Notes: a model not told the origin generated them from the sequence alone. A stretch of 64,000 nucleotides of DNA from Candidatus Egerieisoma sp. (GCA_045125595.1 JBGVNN010000040.1:6735-70734); one strand, 5' to 3'; counted from the stretch's first letter, positions 39,357 to 49,555 are shown. Numbers and translations are program-made.

Positions 39357-41438
39357 TCAAACATCTTTGATAGAAAGGTCGATTCTGCCTTGTTTGTCAA
39401 GACCGATGAATTTAACCATAACAGTATCGCCAACATTTACTACGTCTTCAACTTTTTCAACTCTGTGAGGAGCAAGTTTTGAAATGTGAACAAGACCTTC
39501 TTTGCCGGGTAAGAATTCAACGAAAGCACCGAATTGAAGTGTTCTTGTAACTTTACCTTCAAATACTGAACCAACTTCAAGCTCACCAACAATACCGTTA
39601 ATAATCTTCATTGCTTTGTCAGCGTTATCAGCATCAACTGTTGCAATGTAAATTGTGCCGTCATCGTTGATATCAATCTTAACGTTTGTTTCTTGGATAA
39701 TACGGTTGATAACTTTACCGCCTGTACCGATAACTTCACGAATCTTATCAGGGTCAATCTTCATTTGGAACATCTTAGGTGCATACTTAGATACTGTATC
39801 TCTGGGCTTCTCGATGCAAGGAAGAATTATATCATTGATGATTTGCATTCTGCCTTTCTTTGTGAGCTCAAAAGCTTGACGAATAACTTCGTATGAAAGA
39901 CCTGTAACTTTGATGTCAACTTGGATAGCTGTGATACCCTTCTCTGTACCTGCTACCTTGAAGTCCATATCGCCGAAGAAGTCTTCGATACCTTGAATAT
40001 CCATAAATGTGATGAAATCATTCTCATCATCAGGGTTTGTAACGAGACCTGCAGAAATACCTGCAACAGGGCGTTTAATCGGTACGCCTGCTGCCATAAG
40101 TGCCAATGTAGAACCGCAAACACTACCTTGTGATGTTGAACCGTTTGACATCAAAACTTCAGATACAAGTCTCAATGCATAAGGGAATTCTTCCTCTGAA
40201 GGGATTACAGGCTCCAAAGCTCTCTCAGCCAAAGCACCATGTCCGATTTCACGTCTGCCGGGACCTCTTGATGTTCTTGCCTCACCTACACTGTATGAAG
40301 GGAAGTTGTAGTGATGCATGTATCTCTTAGTTTCCTCTGTGTCAATACCATCAAGCATTTGAATTTCTGACATAGGTCCTAATGTTGCTATAGTTAATAC
40401 TTGTGTTTGACCTCTTCTGAAAAGTCCTGAACCGTGTGTTCTGGGAAGTATATCAACTTCAGCACTGAGAGGACGGATTTCCTCAAGGCTTCTGCCGTCT
40501 ACACGTTTGTGCTCTTTCAAGAGGTAATTTCTTACAACGCTCTTCTCAAGCTTGTACATAGCCTCGCCGATTTTAGCGTCGCAATCTTCATATTTATCTG
40601 CCAATGCTTCTTTAACTTTTGCTGTCAAAGCATCGATATTGTTGTCTCTTACAGTTTTGTCTGTTGCAAGAACTGCCTCGCGCATGTTTGCAAGTGCGAT
40701 TTTCTCTACGTCTTCGTAAAGGTCGTGCGGAACTTCACATGACTCATATGCGAATTTAGGTTTGCCTATATCTTCTGCAATTTCATTGATGAAGTCACAA
40801 ATCTTTTTAATTGTACCGTGACCCTTGATGATAGCGCCGAGCATTACGTCGTCAGGAACTTCTTTAGCACCGGCCTCGATCATTGTAATCTTGTCCTTAG
40901 TACCTGCGAGTGTAACATACATATCACTCTTAGCTCTTTGTGCCTCTGTGGGGTTGATAACAACTTCTCCGTCAACAAGACCCATAACGATACCGCCGAT
41001 AGGTCCGTTAAAAGGAATATCAGATATACAAAGTGCTGCTGAAGTACCGATCATAGCTGCTATCTCAGGTGAGTTATCTTGCTCAACAGAAAGTACAGTA
41101 TTTACGATAACAACATCATTTCTCAAATCCTTGGGGAACAAAGGACGAATAGGTCTGTCAATTACTCTTGATGTGAGGATTGCTTTCTCTGAAGGCTTAC
41201 CTTCTCTTTTAATAAATCCTCCGGGAATTTTACCTACTGCGTAGAGTTTCTCCTCGTAGTCAACGCTGAGCGGGAAGAAATCAATACCGTCTCTGGGTGC
41301 TTTTGAAGCTGTTGCAGTTGAAATAACTACTGTATCGCCGTAACGTACAAGAACTGCACCGTTGGCAAGAAGTGCCATTTTGCCTGTTTCGATTGTCAGC
41401 GGTCTGCCTGCCAACATCATTGAATAGGTTTTAAACAT
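39357..41438 (-). CDS. pnp: polyribonucleotide nucleotidyltransferase (PNPase)
   Basis: 693 aa. Two RNase PH domains (REIGHGALAERAL), a KH domain (IGTGGKVIN) and an S1 domain (FGAFVEF). Confidence 0.95.
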   Translation of the reverse strand: MFKTYSMMLAGRPLTIETGKMALLANGAVLVRYGDTVVISTATASKAPRDGIDFFPLSVDYEEKLYAVGKIPGGFIKREGKPSEKAILTSRVIDRPIRPLFPKDLRNDVVIVNTVLSVEQDNSPEIAAMIGTSAALCISDIPFNGPIGGIVMGLVDGEVVINPTEAQRAKSDMYVTLAGTKDKITMIEAGAKEVPDDVMLGAIIKGHGTIKKICDFINEIAEDIGKPKFAYESCEVPHDLYEDVEKIALANMREAVLATDKTVRDNNIDALTAKVKEALADKYEDCDAKIGEAMYKLEKSVVRNYLLKEHKRVDGRSLEEIRPLSAEVDILPRTHGSGLFRRGQTQVLTIATLGPMSEIQMLDGIDTEETKRYMHHYNFPSYSVGEARTSRGPGRREIGHGALAERALEPVIPSEEEFPYALRLVSEVLMSNGSTSQGSVCGSTLALMAAGVPIKRPVAGISAGLVTNPDDENDFITFMDIQGIEDFFGDMDFKVAGTEKGITAIQVDIKVTGLSYEVIRQAFELTKKGRMQIINDIILPCIEKPRDTVSKYAPKMFQMKIDPDKIREVIGTGGKVINRIIQETNVKIDINDDGTIYIATVDADNADKAMKIINGIVGELEVGSVFEGKVTRTLQFGAFVEFLPGKEGLVHISKLAPHRVEKVEDVVNVGDTVMVKFIGLDKQGRIDLSIKDV

Positions 41439-41460
41439 ATTTTTTCTCCTTTCAAAATAC

Positions 41461-41539
41461 GGGACAGGCGGTAGCTTGTAGATTCTGCGCTAAACTATTT
41501 ATGTTTTAACGTACAATCTACGTTCTACTGCGCTGTCCG
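41461..41539 (-). promoter_or_regulatory. long imperfect hairpin in the pnp 5' leader
   Basis: On the minus strand, CGGACAGCGCAGTAGAACGTAGATT pairs imperfectly with AATCTACAAGCTACCGCCTGTCCCG. It ends about 20 nt upstream of the pnp RBS. Confidence 0.5.
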
Positions 41540-41564
41540 AAAATTTCTCCGTTTAAAAGTGTAA

Positions 41565-41604
41565 AAGGCGGAATCCCTGTTTTATTCACAAGGTCTCCCG
41601 CCTT
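41565..41604 (-). terminator. hairpin (attenuator/terminator) after rpsO
   Basis: The minus strand reads AAGGCGGGA...TTCCGCCTT followed by TTACACTTTT. The T-tract is weak, so partial read-through into pnp is likely. Confidence 0.5.
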
Positions 41605-41614
41605 AATTGCTATA

Positions 41615-41878
41615 TTACTTTCTGAGTCCTAATTTCTCAATGATTGCACGATATCTCTCGATGTCAACCTTTGTCAAGTAGTTGAGAAGTGATCTTCTCT
41701 GACCTACCAACATAAGAAGACCTCTTCTTGAGTGGTGGTCTTTCTTGTGCATTTTAAGGTGCTCATTCAAGTGATTGATGCGCTCTGTGAGAATAGCGAT
41801 TTGTACCTCAGGTGAACCTGTGTCGCCCTCATGCATACCGTAAGTAGCAATAATTTCTTGTTTTCTTTCTTTTGTCAT
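41615..41878 (-). CDS. rpsO: 30S ribosomal protein S15
   Basis: 87 aa. [38 protein letters not shown] is canonical S15. Confidence 0.95.
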   Translation of the reverse strand: MTKERKQEIIATYGMHEGDTGSPEVQIAILTERINHLNEHLKMHKKDHHSRRGLLMLVGQRRSLLNYLTKVDIERYRAIIEKLGLRK

Positions 41879-42014
41879 AACAACAAATCTCCTTTACTGA
41901 AATTTTATTTCAATCGCCGTTATCAATGCAATAGGTTGGAGTTTCCTGTTGCCTCGAAAACGGTATCTGTGAAAATATATCACACATACGTGGTTTTGTC
42001 AAACTGAAATATCA

Positions 42015-42055
42015 ACACCCCCGAAACTTTGGCTTCAAACCATCATTTCAGGGGT
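42015..42055 (-). terminator. rho-independent terminator after the 1240-aa gene
   Basis: The minus strand reads CACCCCTGAAA...TTTCGGGGGTG (one G-U pair) followed by TTGATATTT. Confidence 0.5.
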
Positions 42056-42082
42056 GCTTCTCAGTTAATCAATATGGTCAGA

Positions 42083-45000
42083 TTATGACGCAGTAACTTT
42101 TACAGGTTGTGAATAAACATATACTGTTGTGCCGTTGCCGAGTTTATAGCTGAGGCGGAAAATTACCGTTGAAGTACCGGCTTTTGTTGCAGAAATCTTG
42201 CTGCCGTCAAAAGTGATACCTGTATTTCCGTCAACAACATACATCGCAGCACTTGTTGTAGTAGAAACTGCACCTGAATATGTTTCTTTTCTAACCGTAA
42301 CAGCTTTTGTACCGCCAACTGTCACTGTGTAAGAATTTGCCGTTGTGTAGAGTCTTTCAACATAGTTTTGAACAAAGTCAGAACGGTTTGTTGTAATACC
42401 CCATGTACCCATTGCAAAATATTCATTGAAGAGAGATGAAGGATCAAGTGTCCAAGGCCACATCGATACGCCTCTGTATGAACAATCCTCTAAAATATCC
42501 TCGGTAAGTCCCGAATGTCCCGGATTGTATGTGGTATTCCACTGTGAAGTAGTTTGCAACATACTCTCTACTGAAGTTACCGCTGTAAGTAATCCTCCGG
42601 AAATACTGGGTATATGAGTTCTTACTTCTTTAAGTTGTGCAAGGTGGAAAGATATTACACAACATTGATCTTGAATATCATATTTGTCAATGAGTTCTTT
42701 TAACTTAGGAACAATTGCAGTATTTTGTGTTTTGATTTCTATAAACAAGTTAACGCCTGTTCCTTTAAATGCCTTGAAGTAATCCTCAAGTGTAGGTATC
42801 TTTTCTCTGTATCCGCCGTAGTAGTCAACAACATATTGCTGAAGTTGAGCGTATGACATTTTTTCAATTTCGCCTGAACCGTTTGTTGTACGATTAATTG
42901 TCGGGTCATGCATAACAACGATAACGCCGTCTGTTGTGAGATAAATATCATTTTCTATAATATTTGCACCATAGTTAGCTGCCATTTGAGAACCTACGAT
43001 TGTATTCTCAGGAGCTAAATGAGGTATACCTCTGTGTCCAATAATATTTATCGGGCGAACTAACGAATTCTTTGCAAATACTGTTTTGTTCTCCATACAG
43101 CTTTCAAGACGAGCAACATTTGATGTTACAATACCATGAGCACCTGCTGTAATGAGCTTATACAAATCTGCTTTAGAGTCATTTGAAGACTTATACCATA
43201 CTGTAGTTGCCAAGCCTGCAAGATACGCTGTATTCTTTTGAGTAGCCAACGATGAAGGTAACAAGCAAATTCTGCAATCATAAAGGTTAGTATTCTCACG
43301 CAATGTTGCGAGGTCTGTTATGCCTGAATCTGTTGCATCATATACACCTTTTACCAATTTATGTGTAGCATGTGCTTTTACTATCAACGAACCGTCTTTT
43401 GCAACGATAAGTGCATCGTTAAATTTGTTCGCTTTAAGATATTTTGCGATTTGTGTTGCTTCTGTTGCAGAGTCAACTCTAAATGCAGGGATAACTGCTC
43501 CGCCCAACTTAAATATTGCCTCTGTTACTCCGCAAATAACGTTGTTACTGCTGTCAACTACATTCAACTTGCTGTCGATTGACATAATAGCAACAGCCGG
43601 TGAATTGGAGAGAATATTGTCAAGCTGTGATGCTTTTGTAATTTCTGTTACCATTGCAGCATCAAGAGCAATATTTGTATCAATATCTCTTACATTTGCA
43701 TATTTTGATGTATAGCTGTAAATTTTATCAAAATCAATAACAACTTTTACATCGTCATAAGCCGTTGTTGTGCCGCAAACTTGAAGTCCCACACGGCCTT
43801 TTGCGTAATCTGTAAGGGCTGTTGTAGTGAGTAACTTCGTACCGCTGATGTAGCTTGTAGCAGAATTTCCGTATACTTCAACTTTAAACAAATAGTTCTT
43901 AGCTGCGCTTATAGCCTCAGTATAAGATGTCTTGCCGTGGTATGCCCAACTGTTATTTGTGTTAGTCATATATGAGAACTCAACGCCGTCTTTTTGTGAC
44001 GAAGCTGCATTTGCTCTTATACAGTATTGATAATACGGATAGTCATTATTTTGTACTCTGTACATAAGAGCCATCCATCTTCTTGAATCTGCTTTTTCTG
44101 TTATTGTGGCATTTGTCATGAATGTGTAGTCACCAAAGTCACCGATAAATGAAGGTAAAAGCATTCTTACAAATGAGTTTGCATTTGCTTTTGCGCTGAG
44201 CAAGAGCTTACCGTTTGAAACGGAGTATGAACCGTTTGTATTTTGTACAACATTAAAACCACTTAAATCAGAAGAGCTAAAGTCATTATAATAAAGAACA
44301 TACTCTGAAGATGTCGGCTTTTTAGCTATCAAATATATCGTTTTAGTTGTAGAACCTGTCTTGGCTGTGAGCTTATAAACGCCTGCAGCAGTAGGTGTTA
44401 CTTTGCCGTTTGCATCTATTGTAATATCTTTTGAAGTCCAAGTGATTTCTTCTTTAGGTGTTATCTTCTTATCTTGTTTAAACTGAACGTTATATTCATT
44501 GAGGTCTACTGCATTACCTACATCAGCCGGAATAGCCGGAGCCGTAAACCATACTGTATTTTCTCTGCCTGCAGTTACTTTAGTAATTTCAAACTGCTGT
44601 GCCGCAGTACCGTTATATGTGTAGATAATTAATTTAGAGCCATCTGCTGTTGCATTTGCATATACGTCCAATACACAAGTATAAGATGATTTTGGTGAAA
44701 ATACGTATTTACCATCTACTTGATATATGAACCAAGCCTGCGCATTGGAAGAAGTAGCTGCTGCAGTTTTAACATTTGCAAGAGAACTGCCGGAGTCACC
44801 TTCAACCCAAAGCGAATTACCGTTACTTGTATTTTCAATTCTGTAACTGCCGTCAGAGTTACGTGTAAAGCGCCAAATCTGACTGCCGTTACGTGTTGTT
44901 GTGCTCACAACAGCACTCGATGAAGAAAGAGTAATATCTTTACCTGAAGCCGAACCTGTAATTCTTGCAAAGAAATATTCTCCGATATTCACTGGTGAAA

Positions 45001-45805
45001 GTGTATCGAGAACAGTAGGTTTAGATATCGAAAACATCTGTGTCGAATCACCTTTATATGTATTGGATTGCGCCTGAGAACCGGCAGATCCATTAACACT
45101 GAGCACACATGTGGGGGCTGCTTTAGAGCGAAGTATATACATACCGTTGCTATGTTTAAAAATAAACCAACGCTGAGCAGCAGTACCATTACTTGCATAC
45201 AAGCCAACTTTAGCTCCTGTGCTGTAACTTGCAGCCCAAACATCAAGTACAGTACCTGTATTCTTATTTTTTATTGTGTATGTACCGTCAGAATTTCTTG
45301 TGAAAATCCACATTTGAGTTTTATTTTGAACGCTTGTAGTTTTTACATCTACATTTGTTCCCGTGTACGACAAAGCAAGTCCCGAAGACGAAATTATTCT
45401 CGCTTCAAACTCTGTACCAAGATTGACACATGAAGCAGTAGTTCTCGGAGACTCTTTGTAGCCATAAGACGCAAAATGTGTAAATGCACTGGCATAATTA
45501 CTGCCAAAAGCATTTTTAAGGTCTCCGTTATTGTTTAAATAGTATTTAGCACTGAACACAGGGCTTCCTTGTCTGCCCTCTTTTGCTCCGTACTCAATAA
45601 AATGTTGATATAATTTTGATGGTTCATTACCATAAACCTTAACAACATCTGCATTATTCGCAGCATAATATGCTGAATCAAAAACCACTGATTTTATAGA
45701 TGAAGGAATCCAGTCACTTGCAGCATAGAAATTCATAGGCAAAGCAACCGCCAACATTATCAGGGTCAAACAAAGTGCCGAAAAACGTTTGATTTTCGCG
45801 TTCAT
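42083..45805 (-). CDS. modular secreted protein: ricin-type lectin repeats, LamG/jelly-roll-like module, glycerophosphodiester phosphodiesterase domain
   Basis: 1240 aa with a signal peptide. QxW-type beta-trefoil repeats (QMWIF, QRWFIF, QIWRF, QAWFIY). GDPD block IIGHRGIPHLAPENT...ENDIYLTTDGVIVVMHD. Confidence 0.75.
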   Translation of the reverse strand: MNAKIKRFSALCLTLIMLAVALPMNFYAASDWIPSSIKSVVFDSAYYAANNADVVKVYGNEPSKLYQHFIEYGAKEGRQGSPVFSAKYYLNNNGDLKNAFGSNYASAFTHFASYGYKESPRTTASCVNLGTEFEARIISSSGLALSYTGTNVDVKTTSVQNKTQMWIFTRNSDGTYTIKNKNTGTVLDVWAASYSTGAKVGLYASNGTAAQRWFIFKHSNGMYILRSKAAPTCVLSVNGSAGSQAQSNTYKGDSTQMFSISKPTVLDTLSPVNIGEYFFARITGSASGKDITLSSSSAVVSTTTRNGSQIWRFTRNSDGSYRIENTSNGNSLWVEGDSGSSLANVKTAAATSSNAQAWFIYQVDGKYVFSPKSSYTCVLDVYANATADGSKLIIYTYNGTAAQQFEITKVTAGRENTVWFTAPAIPADVGNAVDLNEYNVQFKQDKKITPKEEITWTSKDITIDANGKVTPTAAGVYKLTAKTGSTTKTIYLIAKKPTSSEYVLYYNDFSSSDLSGFNVVQNTNGSYSVSNGKLLLSAKANANSFVRMLLPSFIGDFGDYTFMTNATITEKADSRRWMALMYRVQNNDYPYYQYCIRANAASSQKDGVEFSYMTNTNNSWAYHGKTSYTEAISAAKNYLFKVEVYGNSATSYISGTKLLTTTALTDYAKGRVGLQVCGTTTAYDDVKVVIDFDKIYSYTSKYANVRDIDTNIALDAAMVTEITKASQLDNILSNSPAVAIMSIDSKLNVVDSSNNVICGVTEAIFKLGGAVIPAFRVDSATEATQIAKYLKANKFNDALIVAKDGSLIVKAHATHKLVKGVYDATDSGITDLATLRENTNLYDCRICLLPSSLATQKNTAYLAGLATTVWYKSSNDSKADLYKLITAGAHGIVTSNVARLESCMENKTVFAKNSLVRPINIIGHRGIPHLAPENTIVGSQMAANYGANIIENDIYLTTDGVIVVMHDPTINRTTNGSGEIEKMSYAQLQQYVVDYYGGYREKIPTLEDYFKAFKGTGVNLFIEIKTQNTAIVPKLKELIDKYDIQDQCCVISFHLAQLKEVRTHIPSISGGLLTAVTSVESMLQTTSQWNTTYNPGHSGLTEDILEDCSYRGVSMWPWTLDPSSLFNEYFAMGTWGITTNRSDFVQNYVERLYTTANSYTVTVGGTKAVTVRKETYSGAVSTTTSAAMYVVDGNTGITFDGSKISATKAGTSTVIFRLSYKLGNGTTVYVYSQPVKVTAS

Positions 45806-45900
45806 TTAATATCACCTTCACTTATTTTTCTTATCTGTCTACAGTTTAGCACTTTTAAATTAGGAAAACAAGCAAAAAGTCACAAAAATTTAAAATTTTA

Positions 45901-45937
45901 ATAAAAAAAGCGGTACAGCCACAAGCCACACCGCTTT
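45901..45937 (-). terminator. rho-independent terminator after the purH-like gene
   Basis: The minus strand reads AAAGCGGT-(15 nt)-ACCGCTTT followed by TTTTTTAT. Confidence 0.6.
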
Positions 45938-45969
45938 ATCAAATCAATTATTAACCCGAGCTTATATAA

Positions 45970-47151
45970 TCAATGGTGGAAAAGTCTTATTCCTGTAAAG
46001 CTCATTACCATGCCATACTTATTGCAAGTATCTATAACATGGTCATCACGGATAGAGCCACCGGGCTCAGCAACATATTTAACACCGCTCTTGTGAGCAC
46101 GCTCTATGTTGTCACCAAACGGGAAGAAAGCATCTGAACCCAAAGCAACATCAGTATTTTTGTCAAGCCAAGCGCGCTTTTCTTCAGCTGTGAACACTGC
46201 AGGTTTAACTTTAAAAATGCGTTGCCACTCACCCTCAGCAAGAACATCCATATAATCCTCACCAATGTACAAATCAATCGCATTGTCACGATCAGCACGT
46301 TTGATATCATCAACAAATTGGAGACCCAATACTTGAGGAGACTGACGGAGGAACCAGTTATCAGCTTTGCTGCCTGCAAGTCTTGTACAGTGAATACGAG
46401 ACTGCTGACCTGCACCGATACCGATAGCTTGACCGCCTTTAACATAGCAAACAGAGTTTGACTGAGTATATTTCAAAGTAATCATAGCAATTGTAAGGTC
46501 AATCTTAGCACTCTCGGGAAGCTCTTTGTTCTCTGTAACGATTTGATCAAAGAATCCCTCTTCGATTTTAAGTTCATTTCTACCCTGCTCAAATGTTATG
46601 CCGTATACATCTTTGTGTTCGATAGGCTCAGGCATGTATTCGGGGTCGATTTCGATTACATTGTAGCCACCTTTTTTCTTCTCTTTCAATATTGCCAATG
46701 CTTCAGGTGTGTAGCCGGGAGCTATTACGCCGTCGGAAACTTCACGCTTGATTAAAAGTGCAGTTGCCTCGTCGCACACATCAGAAAGAGCAATAAAATC
46801 ACCGAAAGACGACATTCTGTCAGCGCCTCTTGCTCTTGCATATGCATTAGCAATTGGAGAAAGCTCAAAATCAATATCATCTATCCAATAAATCTTGCGC
46901 TCAACATCATTCAAAGGAAGTCCTACTGCCGCACCTGCAGGTGAAACGTGTTTAAAAGATGTAGCGGCAGGTATACCTGTTGCTTGCTTAAGCTCTTTAA
47001 CAAGCTGCCAGCCGTTAAAAGCATCAAGGAAATTTATATATCCCGGTCTGCCTGAATGAATCTTTATAGGCAACTCTTTGCCGTTCTTCATGAAAATCTT
47101 TGACGGCTTTTGATTAGGGTTACATCCGTATTTTAATTCCAATTCTGTCAT
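45970..47151 (-). CDS. purH: AICAR formyltransferase (stand-alone, no MGS-like IMP cyclohydrolase domain)
   Basis: 393 aa. Matches the C-terminal AICARFT half of PurH (KHVSPAGAAVG, GGQAIGIGAGQQSRIHC, AEPGGSIRDD...FTGIRLFHH). Confidence 0.85.
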   Translation of the reverse strand: MTELELKYGCNPNQKPSKIFMKNGKELPIKIHSGRPGYINFLDAFNGWQLVKELKQATGIPAATSFKHVSPAGAAVGLPLNDVERKIYWIDDIDFELSPIANAYARARGADRMSSFGDFIALSDVCDEATALLIKREVSDGVIAPGYTPEALAILKEKKKGGYNVIEIDPEYMPEPIEHKDVYGITFEQGRNELKIEEGFFDQIVTENKELPESAKIDLTIAMITLKYTQSNSVCYVKGGQAIGIGAGQQSRIHCTRLAGSKADNWFLRQSPQVLGLQFVDDIKRADRDNAIDLYIGEDYMDVLAEGEWQRIFKVKPAVFTAEEKRAWLDKNTDVALGSDAFFPFGDNIERAHKSGVKYVAEPGGSIRDDHVIDTCNKYGMVMSFTGIRLFHH

Positions 47152-47174
47152 TTTGTGCCTCCGAATTAATGTAA

Positions 47175-47882
47175 TTATTTATTCTTATTGATTATTCTTG
47201 TCTCGTACTCGCCTGTTTCGATGTTAATGAATCGAACAAACAAAGAAACTTTATTATCTTCATTGAGGTTTGTCCATACCATATTTGTAAACTCATCAAT
47301 ATTACCCTCGATTGCAACTTGCTTAGGCTCACCCTCAAAGCTCGGAAGCGGATTGCCATCACACTTATATGTATGAATAAATCTGCCCTCTCCGGCAATA
47401 GGATTTTCGTATGCAAATGTAAAGCGATTGCAACTTGAAGGATCGCCGTAGTTAGATTTCAAAATAGACATTGCATAATTGTACTTACCGTCTTCTACAT
47501 GCATGATACCTGAAATTCTGGGTGTGTAGTTAGGAGCATCGGGCTCAAATTCTCTTGTACGAAGAGCTTGTTCAAATGTCTGTTGCTTGTCCATAAGCTC
47601 ATAAATAGTATCTGTCTGGTCACCGTTTGTTACGATTGTCTTATTTCCCAAAACGCGAACAGGTGCATAAATAATAAGGCTGGGATCGCTCAACTTTGAA
47701 GGATCAAATGCTTGTGTTCTGATACCTTTACCGTCCTCTACGAAAACGCGATTTCTGCTGTTTACGCTTCTTCCCATAATAAAATATGCTGTTACTGCAT
47801 ATTTGCCGTCCTTTGATTTACCGATTACTATTCCTCTGCCGGGATATGAGTTGTTTTTTAATTCTTGCTCCAATGAAAACAT
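47175..47882 (-). CDS. purO: IMP cyclohydrolase, PurO-like (archaeal type)
   Basis: 235 aa. YPGRGIVIGKSKDG...YFIMGRS at the N-terminus is typical of the PurO-type family. It lies 23 nt upstream of the AICARFT gene. Confidence 0.75.
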   Translation of the reverse strand: MFSLEQELKNNSYPGRGIVIGKSKDGKYAVTAYFIMGRSVNSRNRVFVEDGKGIRTQAFDPSKLSDPSLIIYAPVRVLGNKTIVTNGDQTDTIYELMDKQQTFEQALRTREFEPDAPNYTPRISGIMHVEDGKYNYAMSILKSNYGDPSSCNRFTFAYENPIAGEGRFIHTYKCDGNPLPSFEGEPKQVAIEGNIDEFTNMVWTNLNEDNKVSLFVRFINIETGEYETRIINKNK

Positions 47883-47915
47883 TTTAAGCGTCCTCCTATA
47901 AATTAATTATCATTA

Positions 47916-48734
47916 TTATAAATTCAAATTTGTTATTTCAAATACATATGTAGCCGAGCCCTCCATAAATGCAGAGCCTTTGCCGTCCCAAGTAATAAGC
48001 AAATCGCCGCCTCTTAAATGAACCAAAACTTCTCCGGGCTTGCAGTAACCATTAAGTATAGCAGCAACAGCAGCGGCTGTAGCACCCGTTCCGCATGCGA
48101 AAGTTTCTCCGGAACCTCTCTCCCACACTCTCATATTGAGCGTATGGTCGTCAACTACTTGTATAAATTCTATGTTTGCTCTGTCAGGGAAAAATTCGTG
48201 TTTCTCAAGCTTGGGGCCTATCTTTTCTATTTCAAGACTCTCTACATCGTCTATGAATTTCACACCGTGAGGATTTCCCATATCAACGAGAGTCAAATCG
48301 TGCATTTCGCCGTCAACTTCTAATTGTACGTGTGAGTCTGTCCAGCCTTTTACTCCGGGAATGAGCGGCACACCCATGTCTACAACAGAAGCTACACACT
48401 CACCATTTTCGATTTTCAACTGAAGGTGTTTAACTTGTCCGCCCGACTCTATGTCAACATAATCCTTTGTAACATATCCGTTATCATAGAGGTATTTGCC
48501 GACACAGCGAATACCGTTTCCGCACATGAGAGCGTATGAACCGTCTGCGTTATAAAGGCGCATTTCAAACTCTGCTTTCTTTGACGGACATATCAAAATC
48601 AAGCCGTCCGAGCCTACTCCGAAATGTCTGTCGGAAATTTTTATCGCAAGCTCCGCTGGATTTTCTATCATTTCATTTATGCAATCTGCGTATACATAAT
48701 CGTTACCCAAACCGTGCATTTTAACTAATTTCAT
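47916..48734 (-). CDS. dapF: diaminopimelate epimerase
   Basis: MHGLGNDY, YNADGSYALMCGNGIRC and ERGSGETFACGTGA contain both catalytic Cys motifs. Confidence 0.92.
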   Translation of the reverse strand: MKLVKMHGLGNDYVYADCINEMIENPAELAIKISDRHFGVGSDGLILICPSKKAEFEMRLYNADGSYALMCGNGIRCVGKYLYDNGYVTKDYVDIESGGQVKHLQLKIENGECVASVVDMGVPLIPGVKGWTDSHVQLEVDGEMHDLTLVDMGNPHGVKFIDDVESLEIEKIGPKLEKHEFFPDRANIEFIQVVDDHTLNMRVWERGSGETFACGTGATAAAVAAILNGYCKPGEVLVHLRGGDLLITWDGKGSAFMEGSATYVFEITNLNL

Positions 48735-48772
48735 TTTTATTCTCCTCGATTAAAAAAATCACTTAAATTTTA

Positions 48773-49555
48773 TCACATCAAGTACTTCATTACAACCATA
48801 ATTGCCCAAAGAACAATCATATGAACAGGATAAAATAAATAAAAACCGTATTGGACTGTTTTGGCTTTCAGATTACCTATGGGGAACTTACCTTTTTTAC
48901 CATTATATAAGAATATAATAGGTAATGCCAAAAGTGAAAATATCTGAACAGTTTGCCAATAGTCGAGTGTAGGCCAACCGGGATTTTGTCCTGTTAACCA
49001 GTAAGCCGGCAACAACAACCATTTTACAATATACGGATTGAAAACCGCGCACAATATGCCTAATGCCGTCAACAATTTTCTCCACATACCTTTGCCGTCA
49101 GCATAAATCGCAACAAAAACGAAGGACATCAAAACTGCTTTTGTACCGTAATCAGAAACTATAAAACCAAAGTGATACGCACTGTACAAAACTGCCGTAG
49201 GTATAAATGAAGCCCATTTAGCCACACGATGTTTTATCATGCTATCTGTAATCCAAATTAAAATAAGGCATATAAGCAATGTCACAAACACATTTCCGTT
49301 CAACGAAAACACTTTGCCTGTTGTAAATAGCGAAAACGGCACTTGTGAAATTACCGCAAACACAGCAAGTCTTACTGCATAAAAGAATTTATTTGATGTA
49401 TGCTTGTACCCGTTATAAATCAAAAACAGATACAACGGAAAGGCGAGTCTGCCTATTATTCTTAATATTGAAATATCAAATGCTAATCCTACATGATCAA
49501 GAAGCATTGAAATACAAGCAATAATTTTTAATGTCATCGCGCTCATGAAAGTCAC
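48773..49555 (-). CDS. TraX family membrane protein
   Basis: LKIIACISMLLDHVG N-terminus and a polytopic membrane profile. It overlaps the yfhO-like stop by 4 nt. Confidence 0.7.
   Translation of the reverse strand: MTFMSAMTLKIIACISMLLDHVGLAFDISILRIIGRLAFPLYLFLIYNGYKHTSNKFFYAVRLAVFAVISQVPFSLFTTGKVFSLNGNVFVTLLICLILIWITDSMIKHRVAKWASFIPTAVLYSAYHFGFIVSDYGTKAVLMSFVFVAIYADGKGMWRKLLTALGILCAVFNPYIVKWLLLPAYWLTGQNPGWPTLDYWQTVQIFSLLALPIIFLYNGKKGKFPIGNLKAKTVQYGFYLFYPVHMIVLWAIMVVMKYLM

Noticed and set aside
40825-41244. 139-aa plus-strand ORF and similar antisense ORFs inside pnp, the Rhs gene, the 1240-aa gene and the ABC genes
   Set aside because: All lie antisense within long, well-supported genes, lack RBSs and give low-complexity translations.
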